Source of the DNA: an uncultured delta proteobacterium
Lineage (GTDB): Bacteria > Myxococcota_A > Polyangia > Haliangiales > Haliangiaceae
Length of the DNA stretch: 64,000 bases
Assembly: GCA_963848295.1 (NCBI GenBank)
Contig: CAWKDB010000010.1
Location: 768,001 to 832,000, forward strand
Reading direction: 5' to 3'
Made by a program: the position numbers and the translations under genes. This document shows positions 1 through 11,542 of this stretch, piece by piece. Every line of letters begins with the position of its first letter. The first letter of the stretch is position 1. The notes below the pieces were generated by a model that did no database searches, was not told where the DNA came from, and worked only from the letters and a program-made list of their open reading frames with translations.

Positions 1-176
1 CGCAGCTTGGCCACGTCGATCGCCATGACCATGTCGGCGTCGCCTGGCAGGAACCCGAGCGCGTCGGCGGCGGTCCGGCTGTACGTCTTCGGCGGTGGCG
101 CGTGATTGCTCACCGGCCGCGGAGCCGAGCCGCACGCCGCGAGCGTCGCGACAACGAGCAGAGCCGGCCCGCGCAT
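1..176 (-). CDS. Putative lipoprotein (partial, runs off window start); paralog of 2290-3312 and 3315-4271
   Basis: Not in ORF track. Manual translation from ATG176: MRGPALLVVATLAAC-GSAPRP...ALGFLPGDADMVMAIDVAKL. Has lipobox LAAC and an 'LPxDxxxVxxID' motif shared with the two nearby lipoproteins. Confidence 0.75.
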   Translation of the reverse strand, partial: MRGPALLVVATLAACGSAPRPVSNHAPPPKTYSRTAADALGFLPGDADMVMAIDVAKL

Positions 177-199
177 CCAGCGTCCGTAACACGCCGCGG

Positions 200-1843
200 T
201 TACGGGTGCCACAGCGCGATCCGGGTGCAAGGCTCGAGCAACCGACCGTCGCGGAGCCGCGGACACGCTTCGAGCGCGTCGCGGGTGATCTCGAGCACGA
301 CGTAGTGATGCACGGACTTCACGGCCTGCATCCCGTCGGGCGGACACGCCGGCTTACCACTGACTCCGCAGCTGACTTGATAGAGCGACGCACCACCGCC
401 GCCGGTGACGATGTAGTGGATCCCGCCCGCGAACCCGCGCTGGTAGAGGTGATCGTGACCGGCGAGCAACAGGTCGACGTGGTAGCGCGCGAGGATCGGC
501 ACGTAGCGCTCGCGTGCGACCGCGTTGCCGCGATGGATCCCGCGCGCATACGGTCCGGCGTGGGTGAACGCGAGGATCGCGCGCACGTTGCGGCCGCGTG
601 CCGCCGCGAGATCGGTGTCGAGCCATTGCTCTTGTTCGGTGCGCTCGTACGCGTTCGAGTCGAGGAACACGAGATGGATGTCGGCGAGATCGATGCTGTA
701 CCAGTTCGCGTCGGCCGGGCGGCCGGGTGGCCCCGGCGGCAACGCGAACACGCTGCCGGTCCAGCCGAGATCGTGGTTGCCGATCGCCGGGTAGTACGGC
801 ACCGACGCGAGCAGGTCTCCCGCGATCGTGAAGAACCGCTGCCAGTCGCCTTCGTCGGTGCCGCGCACGACCATGTCGCCGGTCACCGCGACGAGATCGA
901 GGGCTTCGCCGAGCATCTGCTCGACCAGCTCGTGGTGGATCTCGTGGCCGCCGCGCGTGTCTCCGTAGACGCCGATCCGGATCACGTCACCGGCCGAGGG
1001 TGCGGTATGGAACGTGAACCGCGGCGTGCGCGTCGAGCCAGCGGTCACGCGGTAGCTTACTTGCTGCCTCGGCGGCAAGCCGGTGAGCTCGAACGAATGG
1101 CGCGCGCCCGGCGGGCTGTCGAGCCGATGGACCTGATCGCCGCGATCGATCCACTCGAGCTGAGCGCCCAAGCCCGGATCGGTCTCGACCGCGATCGTCG
1201 CGGTGGTAGCGCCGACGCGTGCGATCACCGGGCCGCGCACGATGCCGAGCTCGCTCCGGCCGACGACATCGACGGCGAGCTCGGGCGATGGGTGATGACC
1301 GCCGGCCGGGTGGACCTCGATCGCGAGCGCGTGGTCGCCGACCGCGAGCTGGCCCGCCGCGATCGGAGAGTAGAACGTCTCCCATTCGTTGCCGTGGCTA
1401 TGCTCGGCGAGCGCCGAGACCTTGCCGGCCGGCAGCGCCCGGCGGCCGACTTCCCGGCCGTCGAGCCAGATCGCACAGCCATCGCGATAGCGCAGCCGGA
1501 TCTCGAGCATCCGTACGGTCGCGGCATCGGTGCCGACCGCGAACGTCGTGACCGCGTAGAGCGCGGCGATCCGGTTACCGCGAGGCGGCTTCGGATACAA
1601 CGCGCCCTTGGCATGCGCGCTACCGTCGACGGCAATCGGCCAGTGCGCAGGTGGTAGCGGCTCGGGATCATGCGCCCCGACGCTGATCGCTTGGTAGCGC
1701 CAGGTCGCGCCCGGGCCCACCAACGCGAGGCCGTGCGGCAGCGGCGTTCCGGCCGTCTCGGTCTCGACCGGTTCGGTCGGATCCGCGAAGGCGATCGCGC
1801 GCGCTGTGATGACGAGCGCAGCGACAGCGATCGCGCGAAACAC
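200..1843 (-). CDS. Secreted purple acid phosphatase-like metallophosphoesterase
   Basis: Signal peptide; motifs GDTR, GDMV, GNHD, GHDHLY; FN3-like domain before the catalytic domain. Confidence 0.9.
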   Translation of the reverse strand: MFRAIAVAALVITARAIAFADPTEPVETETAGTPLPHGLALVGPGATWRYQAISVGAHDPEPLPPAHWPIAVDGSAHAKGALYPKPPRGNRIAALYAVTTFAVGTDAATVRMLEIRLRYRDGCAIWLDGREVGRRALPAGKVSALAEHSHGNEWETFYSPIAAGQLAVGDHALAIEVHPAGGHHPSPELAVDVVGRSELGIVRGPVIARVGATTATIAVETDPGLGAQLEWIDRGDQVHRLDSPPGARHSFELTGLPPRQQVSYRVTAGSTRTPRFTFHTAPSAGDVIRIGVYGDTRGGHEIHHELVEQMLGEALDLVAVTGDMVVRGTDEGDWQRFFTIAGDLLASVPYYPAIGNHDLGWTGSVFALPPGPPGRPADANWYSIDLADIHLVFLDSNAYERTEQEQWLDTDLAAARGRNVRAILAFTHAGPYARGIHRGNAVARERYVPILARYHVDLLLAGHDHLYQRGFAGGIHYIVTGGGGASLYQVSCGVSGKPACPPDGMQAVKSVHHYVVLEITRDALEACPRLRDGRLLEPCTRIALWHP

Positions 1844-1846
1844 GCG

Positions 1847-2278
1847 TTACGCGTGCTTGGCGGCCGACGTCGCGAGATCGAGCAATTGCGGGAGCGGGAG
1901 CGTCTCGAGCTTGGCAAGGTAATCCTTGTCCGTGCTCTTCTTGCCCGCGGTGCCGAGCGACGCGATCAACTTCTCGCGGCTGCCGAACTTCTCCTTGACG
2001 GTCGTGACCACGCGGCTCAAGCGGAGCAGCTGCTGGTTCGACGCCTTCTTGAGCTGACCGGCGAGCTGATCGGTGTCTTGATCGTGGCGCGCGAGCGACT
2101 CGGCGAGCGACTTCGCGAGCGCGTCCTTCGAGCCGTGGGCGGCATCGACGCGCGCTTTCGGGTGACGGGGCAGCTTCGCAGCGGGCGAAGCCGACTTCGC
2201 GGCCTTGGGCGCCTTCACGGTCTTAACGGGCTTGGCCTTCTCGGCCTTCGCGGACTTGTCGGTCTTCTTCGTCGCCAT
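1847..2278 (-). CDS. Small basic protein with Lys/Ala-rich histone-like N-terminal tail
   Basis: MATKKTDKSAKAEKAKPVK...; two internal helical repeats (HGSKDALAKSL / FGSREKLIASL); typical codon usage. Confidence 0.8.
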   Translation of the reverse strand: MATKKTDKSAKAEKAKPVKTVKAPKAAKSASPAAKLPRHPKARVDAAHGSKDALAKSLAESLARHDQDTDQLAGQLKKASNQQLLRLSRVVTTVKEKFGSREKLIASLGTAGKKSTDKDYLAKLETLPLPQLLDLATSAAKHA

Positions 2279-2289
2279 GGTGTGCTCTC

Positions 2290-3312
2290 TTATTGCGCAG
2301 AACCGGAGCCGGAGCCCGCGGGAGGCGAATCCTGCGCAGAGGACACCCCGCCGTCAAGGACGGAAATCAGCTGATTGATGTCGTCGAGGTCGAGCTCGAC
2401 CTTGAGGTGGACTCGGTCGTGCTCCGCCGAGATCGCGATCTTGTCGACGAGCTTGCCGAGGCGCTTGGCCTGAGCCGCCGCTCCCATCAGCGCGAGCTGG
2501 CTCTTGGCGAACGATTCCAGCGTCTTGGCGTCGGCGTCATTCGCCATGATCGCGGTGAGCTCGAGCGTGAACCCGCTGGTCGCGTCGGCGGTGAGCACGA
2601 GCGCGGCGGGCCCGGCCGACAGCGCGCCCGCGGTCGCCTTGACGAGGCCAACTCGGACCCGCTCGTCGGCGCGGCCGACCGCCCAGGCCGGGGCGTTCTG
2701 ATCGGCGAGCGAGAGCCACGTCTTCATCTCGGGGTTGTCGAGCAGCTTCTTGCCGGGGAGCAGCGCATCGGTCGTGTACTGCTCGTCGGCGCCGAGCACG
2801 ACGGTGTCGCTGCGGCCGAACCCGAACCACATCGAGCGATTGCCGTCGGTCGCGTGATAGAGCGTGCCCGACCCCACCGGCCTGCCGGTGACCGAGCTAT
2901 CACCCTTGCCGAGCATCGCGCGCACGCACGCCACGAGGTTCGCTTCGACAAACTGGCCGGTCGCGACGATCAGCACGGGGCCCGTGCCCGGCTTGGGCCC
3001 GGTGTGCGGCCCGATCGCGACCACGATGCGCTTCACCTGCTTGGCGAAGTCGATCTTGCAGCTGTCGTGGAGTTGCTGCCAGCGCGCCGCCAGATCGGGC
3101 GTGCCGAGCAGCAAGCGCTCGACCGCGCGTCGGACGAGCGGCGAATCGATCACTCGAGGAACGTCGACCGCGATCACGACCTCGGCATTCGCCGGAACCG
3201 CGGCGATGCCGGTGATCTCGGGCGGCGGACCGTTCGATCCCGCTGCTTTCTTGCGGCCGCAACCGCCGATCGCGACCGCGGCGACGACCAGGAGCGCCAG
3301 CGCGCGCTTCAC
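2290..3312 (-). CDS. Lipoprotein of unknown function (DUF3352-like)
   Basis: Signal peptide with lipobox IGGC; VPANAEVVIAVDV motif. Confidence 0.8.
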   Translation of the reverse strand: MKRALALLVVAAVAIGGCGRKKAAGSNGPPPEITGIAAVPANAEVVIAVDVPRVIDSPLVRRAVERLLLGTPDLAARWQQLHDSCKIDFAKQVKRIVVAIGPHTGPKPGTGPVLIVATGQFVEANLVACVRAMLGKGDSSVTGRPVGSGTLYHATDGNRSMWFGFGRSDTVVLGADEQYTTDALLPGKKLLDNPEMKTWLSLADQNAPAWAVGRADERVRVGLVKATAGALSAGPAALVLTADATSGFTLELTAIMANDADAKTLESFAKSQLALMGAAAQAKRLGKLVDKIAISAEHDRVHLKVELDLDDINQLISVLDGGVSSAQDSPPAGSGSGSAQ

Positions 3313-3314
3313 AT

Positions 3315-4271
3315 TCAGCCGCCGCCCATCAAGCCACCGAGCCCACCCTTCGCCATCGCCGCGACCGACTTGAGCTGCGCCTCGGTCATCGCGACATCGA
3401 GGTGAACCTCTGCGCCGTCTGACGTCACCTCGAGCTTGTCGAACATCGCCTTGATCATCGGGCTGCCGATCTGGCCCTTCGCCATCGTGGTCAGCTGCGT
3501 CGCTTCATCCGCCGAGCTCATCCGGACCCGCAGGTCGAGGCCGAGGCCGTCGGTGACGTTGAGCGAGCCGAAGATCCGCTTCGGGTGCATCCCCAGCTGG
3601 CCGAGCTGGCTGAACGCCGGCGCTTCGGCGTTGATCACGACCCACAGCGACTGGTCGGGCTTGATCTTGCCGAACACTTCGCTGAACGCCGGCGACGTCT
3701 TCAGCCCGCTGTTGGCCGACGCCACCTTCTTGATGCTGTCCTTGGTCACGTCCGGGCCGACCACGCCGACCATCGTCGTGTCGTTCGTGAAGCCGACCGC
3801 GACCGACGGCCCGTGACTCGGGTGTCCGATCATCACGTCGCCGTCGAGCGTCATCTTGGTGCCGTCCTTGCTCGACTCGTTGAGCTTGTCTTGGCACGGC
3901 TTCGCCAACAGCTTCGCCTTATCGATGCCATGGACCACGAACACGCCGCTGGTCTCATCGCCGCCGATGTTCTTCAGGCCGATCGAGATCGACTTGACCG
4001 ACTCGAACGGGTCGAAGCCGCAGGCCGCCTTGACGTCGCCGAGCTCCTTCGAGACCTTCTCCATGAGCTTCGGCGCGAACTGCTTGTACAGCGAGCTCGA
4101 CTGGACCTGAGCGAAGTTGATGCCCAAGACCACTTCAGAGTCGGCCGGCAGCAGCGCGAGATCCTCGCTCGACGTCGCGCCGCTGGAGGAGCCTCCGTGA
4201 TCCTTGCTGCAACCGCTAACGACGAGCCCGACAGAGAGCGCAGCGACGAACCAAGCATGACGAAAACGCAT
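3315..4271 (-). CDS. Lipoprotein of unknown function (DUF3352-like), paralog of previous gene
   Basis: Start revised to ATG4271 (AGGAG RBS upstream); MRFRHAW...VSGC lipobox; LPADSEVVLGINF motif. Confidence 0.8.
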   Translation of the reverse strand: MRFRHAWFVAALSVGLVVSGCSKDHGGSSSGATSSEDLALLPADSEVVLGINFAQVQSSSLYKQFAPKLMEKVSKELGDVKAACGFDPFESVKSISIGLKNIGGDETSGVFVVHGIDKAKLLAKPCQDKLNESSKDGTKMTLDGDVMIGHPSHGPSVAVGFTNDTTMVGVVGPDVTKDSIKKVASANSGLKTSPAFSEVFGKIKPDQSLWVVINAEAPAFSQLGQLGMHPKRIFGSLNVTDGLGLDLRVRMSSADEATQLTTMAKGQIGSPMIKAMFDKLEVTSDGAEVHLDVAMTEAQLKSVAAMAKGGLGGLMGGG

Positions 4272-4350
4272 TGAGAATCTCCTGAAGACGTCCGATTCCG
4301 GACGCTGGGGCTTATAACATGCGGTCGTGATAGCGTCGCGGCCGATCGTC

Positions 4351-5043
4351 ATGCCGTGGCTGCCCCACCGATTGCGCGATGCCGAAGTGTGGGCGAAGGT
4401 CGATGCGAACGGCGCACTTGTCGCCGATCGTGACGGTCGTGTCGAGATCGTTTACAAGCCGGCGGCGGGCGCAAAAGTTTATCGGGCGGGAGCGCGCAAC
4501 CTCGCTGCGACAGGGGGTGCGGCAGTCGAGTTTGACCCAGGCGAGCGCGCACTGGAAAAGCCGCAACCCGGAGCGCCGCCGAAGGTGGACAAGTCGGGCG
4601 AACGCCCGACGCGTAGCGCCGGCGCAGGCGGAGCGAAGGTAGACGATGATGCGATCCACGTGTGGACCGACGGCGCGTGCTCGGGCAACCCGGGCCCAGC
4701 CGGTGCGGGCGTCGTCGTGATCGATGGCAGCGAGCGCAAGGAGCTGTCCGAGTATCTCGGCGTGGGCACGAACAACATCGCGGAGCTCACCGCGATCCTG
4801 CTCGGCCTCGAGCTCGTCGCCGATCGCAAGCGGCCGGTCATCGTCTACTCCGACTCCTCGTACTCGATCGGCCTGCTCACGCAAAACTGGAAGGCGAAGA
4901 AGAACATCGAGCTCGTCGATCAGCTGCGCGCGGTCTGCCGCCAGTTCGCCGACCTCCGCTTCGTCAAGGTCGCCGGTCACGCGGGCATCCCGCTCAACGA
5001 GCGCACCGACGAGCTCGCACGCGAGGCCATCACCCGGCGCTAG
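4351..5043 (+). CDS. rnhA: Ribonuclease HI with N-terminal extension
   Basis: Motifs [43 protein letters not shown]. Confidence 0.92.
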   Translation: MPWLPHRLRDAEVWAKVDANGALVADRDGRVEIVYKPAAGAKVYRAGARNLAATGGAAVEFDPGERALEKPQPGAPPKVDKSGERPTRSAGAGGAKVDDDAIHVWTDGACSGNPGPAGAGVVVIDGSERKELSEYLGVGTNNIAELTAILLGLELVADRKRPVIVYSDSSYSIGLLTQNWKAKKNIELVDQLRAVCRQFADLRFVKVAGHAGIPLNERTDELAREAITRR

Positions 5044-5975
5044 AGGTCGCGCTGGATCTCGGTCGCCACGTCGGCGAGCGTCGCGAAGCTCCAGCGTTGG
5101 CCGATCGTGTCGAGCGTGCGCTCGAGGCGCTCGAGCTTGGCGGCGATCGGGACGCGCAGATCGGGCTGACGCTCGACGAGCTCGCCCGGGATGCCGTCTT
5201 GGTCGGCGTCGGCGAAGTCGATGCCGTGGAGCTCGAAGTTGAAGAACGACCGCCGCGCCATCGCGGTGATCACGCGCGCGCGCACCCAGCTCGGCGCGAC
5301 GAGCAGCAACGTCCCGATCGCGGGCACCCGCGCGAACGGCGTCACCGCGATCGGGAGCTCGACGATCGGCGCTTGACCGCGGCGCCACGGCGCGATCATC
5401 GACGGCCGATACGGATCGCCCGGCGCGACTTGCGAGCGCGGATCGATCATCACCGCGCCGCTCGGTCGCCCGGTCAGCGCGAGCGCGGTCATCACCGCGG
5501 CCTTCGCGGCGTAATAGCCGGGCGCCGGAAAGATCGAGGAGTCGTAGCGATAGCCGAGCCGCGCGAGCGTATCGAGCATCGCGGGCGAGACGTCGTAGCC
5601 CGGCGCGCGGAACCCGACGACCTTACCGAGCGCGCGCACGACGCGATCACCACCCGCGATCTCGGCGTCGACCTCGGCGGCGGACAACCGCGCGAGCTCG
5701 TAGGGGTGCGAGTAGGAGTGGTTGCCGAGCTCGTCGCCGGCCGCGGCCAAGGCGCGCAATCGATCGGCGGCTTCGGCATCGGCCTCGACGTCTTTGCCGA
5801 CCACGAACCAGGTGACGTGAACGCCTCGCTTCGCGAACAAGGCGGCGGCCCGCGGCAACGCGCGGTCGAGGATCACGCGCTCGAGCTCGGCCGGCGCCAG
5901 CCCGAGACCGTGGATTCTGTAGTAGCAAGCGACGCTGTCGAGGTCGATCGAGATCGAGCAGTGGCGCGCGGTCAC
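5040..5975 (-). CDS. Polysaccharide deacetylase (NodB/CE4 family)
   Basis: [25 protein letters not shown] motifs; start GTG5975 overlaps the upstream gene's stop. Confidence 0.88.
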   Translation of the reverse strand: MTARHCSISIDLDSVACYYRIHGLGLAPAELERVILDRALPRAAALFAKRGVHVTWFVVGKDVEADAEAADRLRALAAAGDELGNHSYSHPYELARLSAAEVDAEIAGGDRVVRALGKVVGFRAPGYDVSPAMLDTLARLGYRYDSSIFPAPGYYAAKAAVMTALALTGRPSGAVMIDPRSQVAPGDPYRPSMIAPWRRGQAPIVELPIAVTPFARVPAIGTLLLVAPSWVRARVITAMARRSFFNFELHGIDFADADQDGIPGELVERQPDLRVPIAAKLERLERTLDTIGQRWSFATLADVATEIQRDL

Positions 5976-6714
5976 GGCTTGCCGCCGAAGCGGATCACGT
6001 AGGTCAGCTTCGCGAGCCCACGCAGCACGTTCGGCACGCGCTTCGTCAAGTTGATCGCGGGTGGTCGCTTCTCGGCGAGCCGCACCGGAATCTCCATCAT
6101 CCGGACGCCTTCGCGATTCGCCCGGATCACCATCTCGCTCGCGAACAGATCCCGATCGATCACGCACGCCTCGACGATCGGCAGCACGGTCGCGCGGTGG
6201 AACGCCTTGAGCCCGTGCGTGTCGGTGCCGCGGAAATCGAGCGCGACTCGCAACATGCCGTTGATCACCCGCGTCGCGGTGCGGCGGAACAGCGGGCGCT
6301 GATCGTTCGAGCCCTTCATCGCCTTGCTGCCGACGACGAAGTCCGCGTCGCCGTGGCGCAGCACGTCGAGCGCGCGGCGATGGAAGTCCAGGTCGCACAG
6401 GTCGATCTCTTCGCAGATCACCCAGGTGCCCCGCGCTTCGATGATGCCGCGGCGCAGCGCCTTGCCGTAGTTCGGCTCGCCGAGCGAGAACGTGCGGACC
6501 TCGGTGCGCTCGCTCGCGAGATGCTCGGCGAGCTCGACCGTGCGGTCCTTCGAGCCATTCTCCGCGAGCACGATCTCGAAGCTGAGGTCGGGCGCATCGA
6601 GCGCGGCGCGGACCGTGTCGAGCCCCTCGAGCAGCTCGGTCACCGCTTCGCGCAGGATGCCCTCCTCGTTGTAGACCGGGATGACGATCGAGACGTCGGG
6701 CACGGGGATCCCTA

Positions 6715-6718
<4 letters not shown>
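5972..6718 (-). CDS. Glycosyltransferase family 2 (DPM1/ArnC-like)
   Basis: [26 protein letters not shown] motifs; true start 6718 or 6703. Confidence 0.9.
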
Positions 6719-7629
<911 letters not shown>

Positions 7630-7819
7630 CCGACCGGCGACACGAGCGCGAGAGCCTGCGCGCATCCGCCCGCTAGCATTTCGACAGGCTGCGCCACGGC
7701 GCGACGATATCACTTGCCCCTCGACGCCGGGGCGTGCCCCAGCCGGCATGAAACGATGCGGCACCGATCACGATTTCTCTGATCAAGAACCCCCAGCACA
7801 GCCGTGCTAGCTTCGCGGC

Positions 7820-10372
7820 GTGCGCCAGGTCCAGCGTTGGTGGATGCTGATCGCCGGCGTCGCGGTCGCGGCGCTCGCCATCGCCATCTTGCTGCCAGGG
7901 CTCGACGGCTTCGGGCTGTGGGAGCCGCAGGAGCGCCAGCTCGCCGACCGCGATGCGCCGCGCGACGGCTACCAGCCCAAGAATCATCCCGAAGCGTTCA
8001 GGCCCGCGCCGAAACCGCCCGAGCCGAAGCAAAGTAGCCGTGCGGCCGGCGTGCCCGGCGCTGCGGGCGTCCCCGGTGCCGTCACGCCGCCACCGGTGGT
8101 GACGCCGCCGGTGACGCCGATCGCCACGGGCAAGGAGACCTGCGATCACCAGGCGCCGAAAGATGCAGAGGCTCGCTCGCTGACCGCGCGCGCTGCGGCG
8201 TGGGGCCGCGACAACATCGGCGACTCGGACGGCGGCCGCCGCTCGCCGTTCGCGCTCCTCGGGATCATGACCGCACTGCTCATCGGGCTGATCGCGGCAC
8301 GCGGCGCCGGTCCACGCGCCGGCGTGCTCGCCGGATTGATCGCGCTGTCGATGCCGCTGCTCGTGTTGCAGAGCAGGCAGATCACGTCGGAGATCGGGAC
8401 GACAGCGGGCGCGGTCGCGATCATCTGGGGGCTGTACACGCTCGCGACGATCGGGCCGTGGCGCCGCGGCGTGCGGTTCAACGTGCTGCGGTTCCTTCAC
8501 GTCGACATCGCGATCGTCGCGATCGCGCTCGGCTCGTGGCTCGCGTTTTACGGCGGCGGCCTGCTCGTCGGCGTGATCCCGCCGTTCGTCGCGTTCGCGC
8601 TCGCCGGCTCGCTCGGCGCGCCGCTGTTCGTGCTGGCCGGGCAGGGGCTGTGGAATGCCAGCTTGCGCGGGCTCACGACGGTCGCGCCGCGCATGGCGGT
8701 CGGTCGCCGTCGCGCCACGCTGCGCGCCACCGATCTCGCGCTCGCGCTCGCGGGGCTGGCCGCGGCGATCATCGCGACCTACGCGATCTACTCGCTACTC
8801 CATCAAGTGTTCGAGCTGCGCACGCCGCAGCCCGGCACGACTCCGCTGCAACGCGAGATCTTCGGCAAAGCGATCGTGCCGACCGGCTGGCCGTCCACGT
8901 GCTGGTCATCGATGCTCGGCGGCACGTGGCGGGCCGACGACGACCTGCGCTACATCTACGACTCGACGTTCGAGCAGATCGCCTACGGCACATTCCCGTG
9001 GGGCGTGCTCGCGCCGATCGCGTTCGCGCAGCTGATCGCATCGCAAGAACCGCGCAAGCGACTGCTCGGATCGGTCACGCTCGCTTGGGCCGCCGCCGCG
9101 TGGGTGGCGAACGAGGTGTTCCAGCGCAAGGTCGGATTCGCGCTCTACACCGGGTTTCCCGCGATCGCGATCGCGGTCGGGGTTTGGGTCGACGGCCTGC
9201 TCGCCGCTCGTCATCGCGGCGATGTCGATCGGACCGGGCCGCCCGTCGGCGACCAGCCACCCGGCGCGAAGCTGATCGGCCTGTTCTTCGTCTTGGCCGT
9301 GCTCGATCTCGCGAAGGACCAGCAGTCGTTCACCGACAAGGTGACGTCGCTGCTCGTCGGTGGCGAATCGATTCCTTATCCGACCAGCACGCACGTGCTG
9401 TTTCTGCCGACCAAGCTGTGGATCTTGATCCTCGGCATGGTCATCGCGATCGGGTTCGCGCTCGCGCTGATCGCCTGGCGGCCGCGCGGCAAATGGCTGC
9501 AACGCGGCCCGGTGATCGCCGCGCTCGGCGGCACGCTCGCGCTCGCGCTGTTTTGGTCCAACGTATGGCAGCCCCTGTTGTCGCGCCACTTGTCTTCGAA
9601 GGAGATGTTCGACCAGGTCGTCGATCTCTACAAGCCGGGCGACGCGCTCGTCCTGATGGGGGACCTCGGCGACGCCCCGCACGACTACGCGCCCGACATC
9701 AAGCCCGAGGTCGTGCAGACCCGCGAGCAGATCACCGCGGCCCTCGGCCGCGAGCAGCGCGTGTTCGCGATCGCGCCCCAAGGCGAGCTGTGCACGCTGC
9801 ATCACGACATGACGTCGAAGCCGTACTTCGTGCTCGACGCGCACAATCAGCGCTCGTACTTGCTGTCGAACCGCGTCGATGGCGGGGTCGACGAAAACCC
9901 GCTGCGCGATGTGATCTTACACACCGAGCCGAAGAAGATCCCCAACCGGCCGAAGGCACGCATCGTGTTCGACAACCGGATCGAGCTGTTGGGCTGGAAG
10001 ATCGATCGCGAGATCTCGCGAGCGAGCACGTTCGAAGTCACGACCTATTACAAAGTCCTCTCGAACATCGGCGGCTCGTGGCAGGCGCTCTACCACTTCG
10101 ACATGCCCAAAGGCCCGCGCGGCTTTAACGGCGATCACAAGCCGATCGACGACCGCTGCTCGATGGCGAGCTGGCAAAAGGGTGACTACATCGTCGATAC
10201 GTTCAGCGTGACCGCCGGGAGCACCGCGACCCTGAAGGGCCAGTACGACGTGTGGACCGGGTTCTTTACCGGCTCGTTCCCGAACTGGCGCAACATGCCG
10301 ATCAGCGAGGCTCCGGGCGATATGCGCGACAACACGGATCGCGTGAAGATCACCCAGATCACGATCGATTGA
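7820..10372 (+). CDS. Multi-pass membrane ArnT/PMT-like (GT-C) glycosyltransferase with C-terminal extracytoplasmic domain
   Basis: GLWEPQE motif after first TM; many TM segments; QIAYGTFPW; C-terminal DH.P...W.KGD.IVD domain. Confidence 0.75.
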   Translation: MRQVQRWWMLIAGVAVAALAIAILLPGLDGFGLWEPQERQLADRDAPRDGYQPKNHPEAFRPAPKPPEPKQSSRAAGVPGAAGVPGAVTPPPVVTPPVTPIATGKETCDHQAPKDAEARSLTARAAAWGRDNIGDSDGGRRSPFALLGIMTALLIGLIAARGAGPRAGVLAGLIALSMPLLVLQSRQITSEIGTTAGAVAIIWGLYTLATIGPWRRGVRFNVLRFLHVDIAIVAIALGSWLAFYGGGLLVGVIPPFVAFALAGSLGAPLFVLAGQGLWNASLRGLTTVAPRMAVGRRRATLRATDLALALAGLAAAIIATYAIYSLLHQVFELRTPQPGTTPLQREIFGKAIVPTGWPSTCWSSMLGGTWRADDDLRYIYDSTFEQIAYGTFPWGVLAPIAFAQLIASQEPRKRLLGSVTLAWAAAAWVANEVFQRKVGFALYTGFPAIAIAVGVWVDGLLAARHRGDVDRTGPPVGDQPPGAKLIGLFFVLAVLDLAKDQQSFTDKVTSLLVGGESIPYPTSTHVLFLPTKLWILILGMVIAIGFALALIAWRPRGKWLQRGPVIAALGGTLALALFWSNVWQPLLSRHLSSKEMFDQVVDLYKPGDALVLMGDLGDAPHDYAPDIKPEVVQTREQITAALGREQRVFAIAPQGELCTLHHDMTSKPYFVLDAHNQRSYLLSNRVDGGVDENPLRDVILHTEPKKIPNRPKARIVFDNRIELLGWKIDREISRASTFEVTTYYKVLSNIGGSWQALYHFDMPKGPRGFNGDHKPIDDRCSMASWQKGDYIVDTFSVTAGSTATLKGQYDVWTGFFTGSFPNWRNMPISEAPGDMRDNTDRVKITQITID

Positions 10373-10392
10373 CGCGAGGGGGGCTCGGGGTT

Positions 10393-10788
10393 ATGACGCG
10401 ACGGATGGTCAAGGTCCGCGAGGGAACAGCGCCGACGGTCAGCGACGCCGAGCGTCGTCGCGCACCGCGTGTGCTCGTCGATCTCGAGGTCGACTACGCG
10501 AGCGAAGAGAACTACCTGTTCGCGTACATCACCGACATCAGCGAGACCGGCATCTTCGTCCGCACGACGACGCCGGAGCCGCCGGGCACGAACTTGAACT
10601 TGCGGTTCAAGCCGGATGACGAGGGGCCGTCGATCGAGATCGAAGGCAAGGTGATCTGGGTCAACCCGTATCGCCCGGGCACGCCGGACAACCTGCACCC
10701 CGGGATGGGCATTCGCTTCGTCGATCTCGATGACGAGCTACGCGATCGCCTGCTCGAGCTCGTCCGCCGGTTCGCGTACCTGTCGTAG
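10393..10788 (+). CDS. PilZ domain protein (myxobacterial TIGR02266 type)
   Basis: RRRAPR, DISETGIF, GKVIW, PGMGIRF motifs. Confidence 0.9.
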   Translation: MTRRMVKVREGTAPTVSDAERRRAPRVLVDLEVDYASEENYLFAYITDISETGIFVRTTTPEPPGTNLNLRFKPDDEGPSIEIEGKVIWVNPYRPGTPDNLHPGMGIRFVDLDDELRDRLLELVRRFAYLS

Positions 10789-10793
10789 CTGTG

Positions 10794-11309
10794 TCACTCG
10801 AGCGGCGTGACGTCGAACGAAAACGATCCGTCGGCGCTGCACGGGGTCGCGCAGTCACCGTTGTCGACCTCGACCGTCTCGGCGTAGTGGTACGTCAGCG
10901 TGAGCTGGCACGTCGCCTCGGCGAGCGTGCCGGTCAGGGTCTCGGTGGCGCGCCATTCGCAGCCGTCGGTGAAGTCGTGCAGCGCGTAGTACGACAGCGA
11001 GACCGCGCCGGCGTCGACCGTGCCCGTGTAGACGAGCGAGCCCGCATCGAACGCGATCGACAGCATCGTTTGATCGCGCGACACGGTGACCTGGCCGGTC
11101 ATCCGAGCCAGATTGTTCCAGATCGCACAATCCTCGATCGTCGATGTGCCGGGCATCACTTCACCGGTTGTCGACGGCGCGTAGCACAGCGGGGCGATCG
11201 CCGAATCGGCAGTCGCGATCGGCATCGCCGCGTCGGTCGAGGTGCCCGGGCGCGCGGCGGGCGCGCAAGCGGCGGTGGCGGCGATCGCGAATAACCAGGC
11301 GGCGCGCAT
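10794..11309 (-). CDS. Hypothetical lipoprotein
   Basis: MRAAWLFAIAATAAC lipobox; Cys pairs; the N-terminal part of track ORF 10794-11861 is spurious. Confidence 0.7.
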   Translation of the reverse strand: MRAAWLFAIAATAACAPAARPGTSTDAAMPIATADSAIAPLCYAPSTTGEVMPGTSTIEDCAIWNNLARMTGQVTVSRDQTMLSIAFDAGSLVYTGTVDAGAVSLSYYALHDFTDGCEWRATETLTGTLAEATCQLTLTYHYAETVEVDNGDCATPCSADGSFSFDVTPLE

Positions 11310-11362
11310 CGAGGTCGGGTTAGCAAACCGAACACTTCTGCGCAACGCTAAAGATGTTGCAG

Positions 11363-11542
11363 CTATTCGTCGTCGCTTCCGGTCGGCGGCGTCGCGGGCT
11401 CGGCGGGGACGCGAAACTCTTCGCCGAACCAGCGGCCGAGATCGACGAGCTGACAGCGCTCGCTGCAGAACGGATAGAACCTGTTCGCGTCGCGCGCGGC
11501 CGCCGCCTTGCACGTCGGGCACGCGGTGGGCCGGCGGGTCAC
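11363..11542 (-). CDS. yacG: DNA gyrase inhibitor YacG (zinc finger)
   Basis: Not in ORF track (59 aa). MTRRPTACPTCK...FYPFCSERCQLVDLGRWFGEEFRVP carries the CxxC...PFCSxRC...DLGRW signature. Confidence 0.92.
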   Translation of the reverse strand: MTRRPTACPTCKAAAARDANRFYPFCSERCQLVDLGRWFGEEFRVPAEPATPPTGSDDE

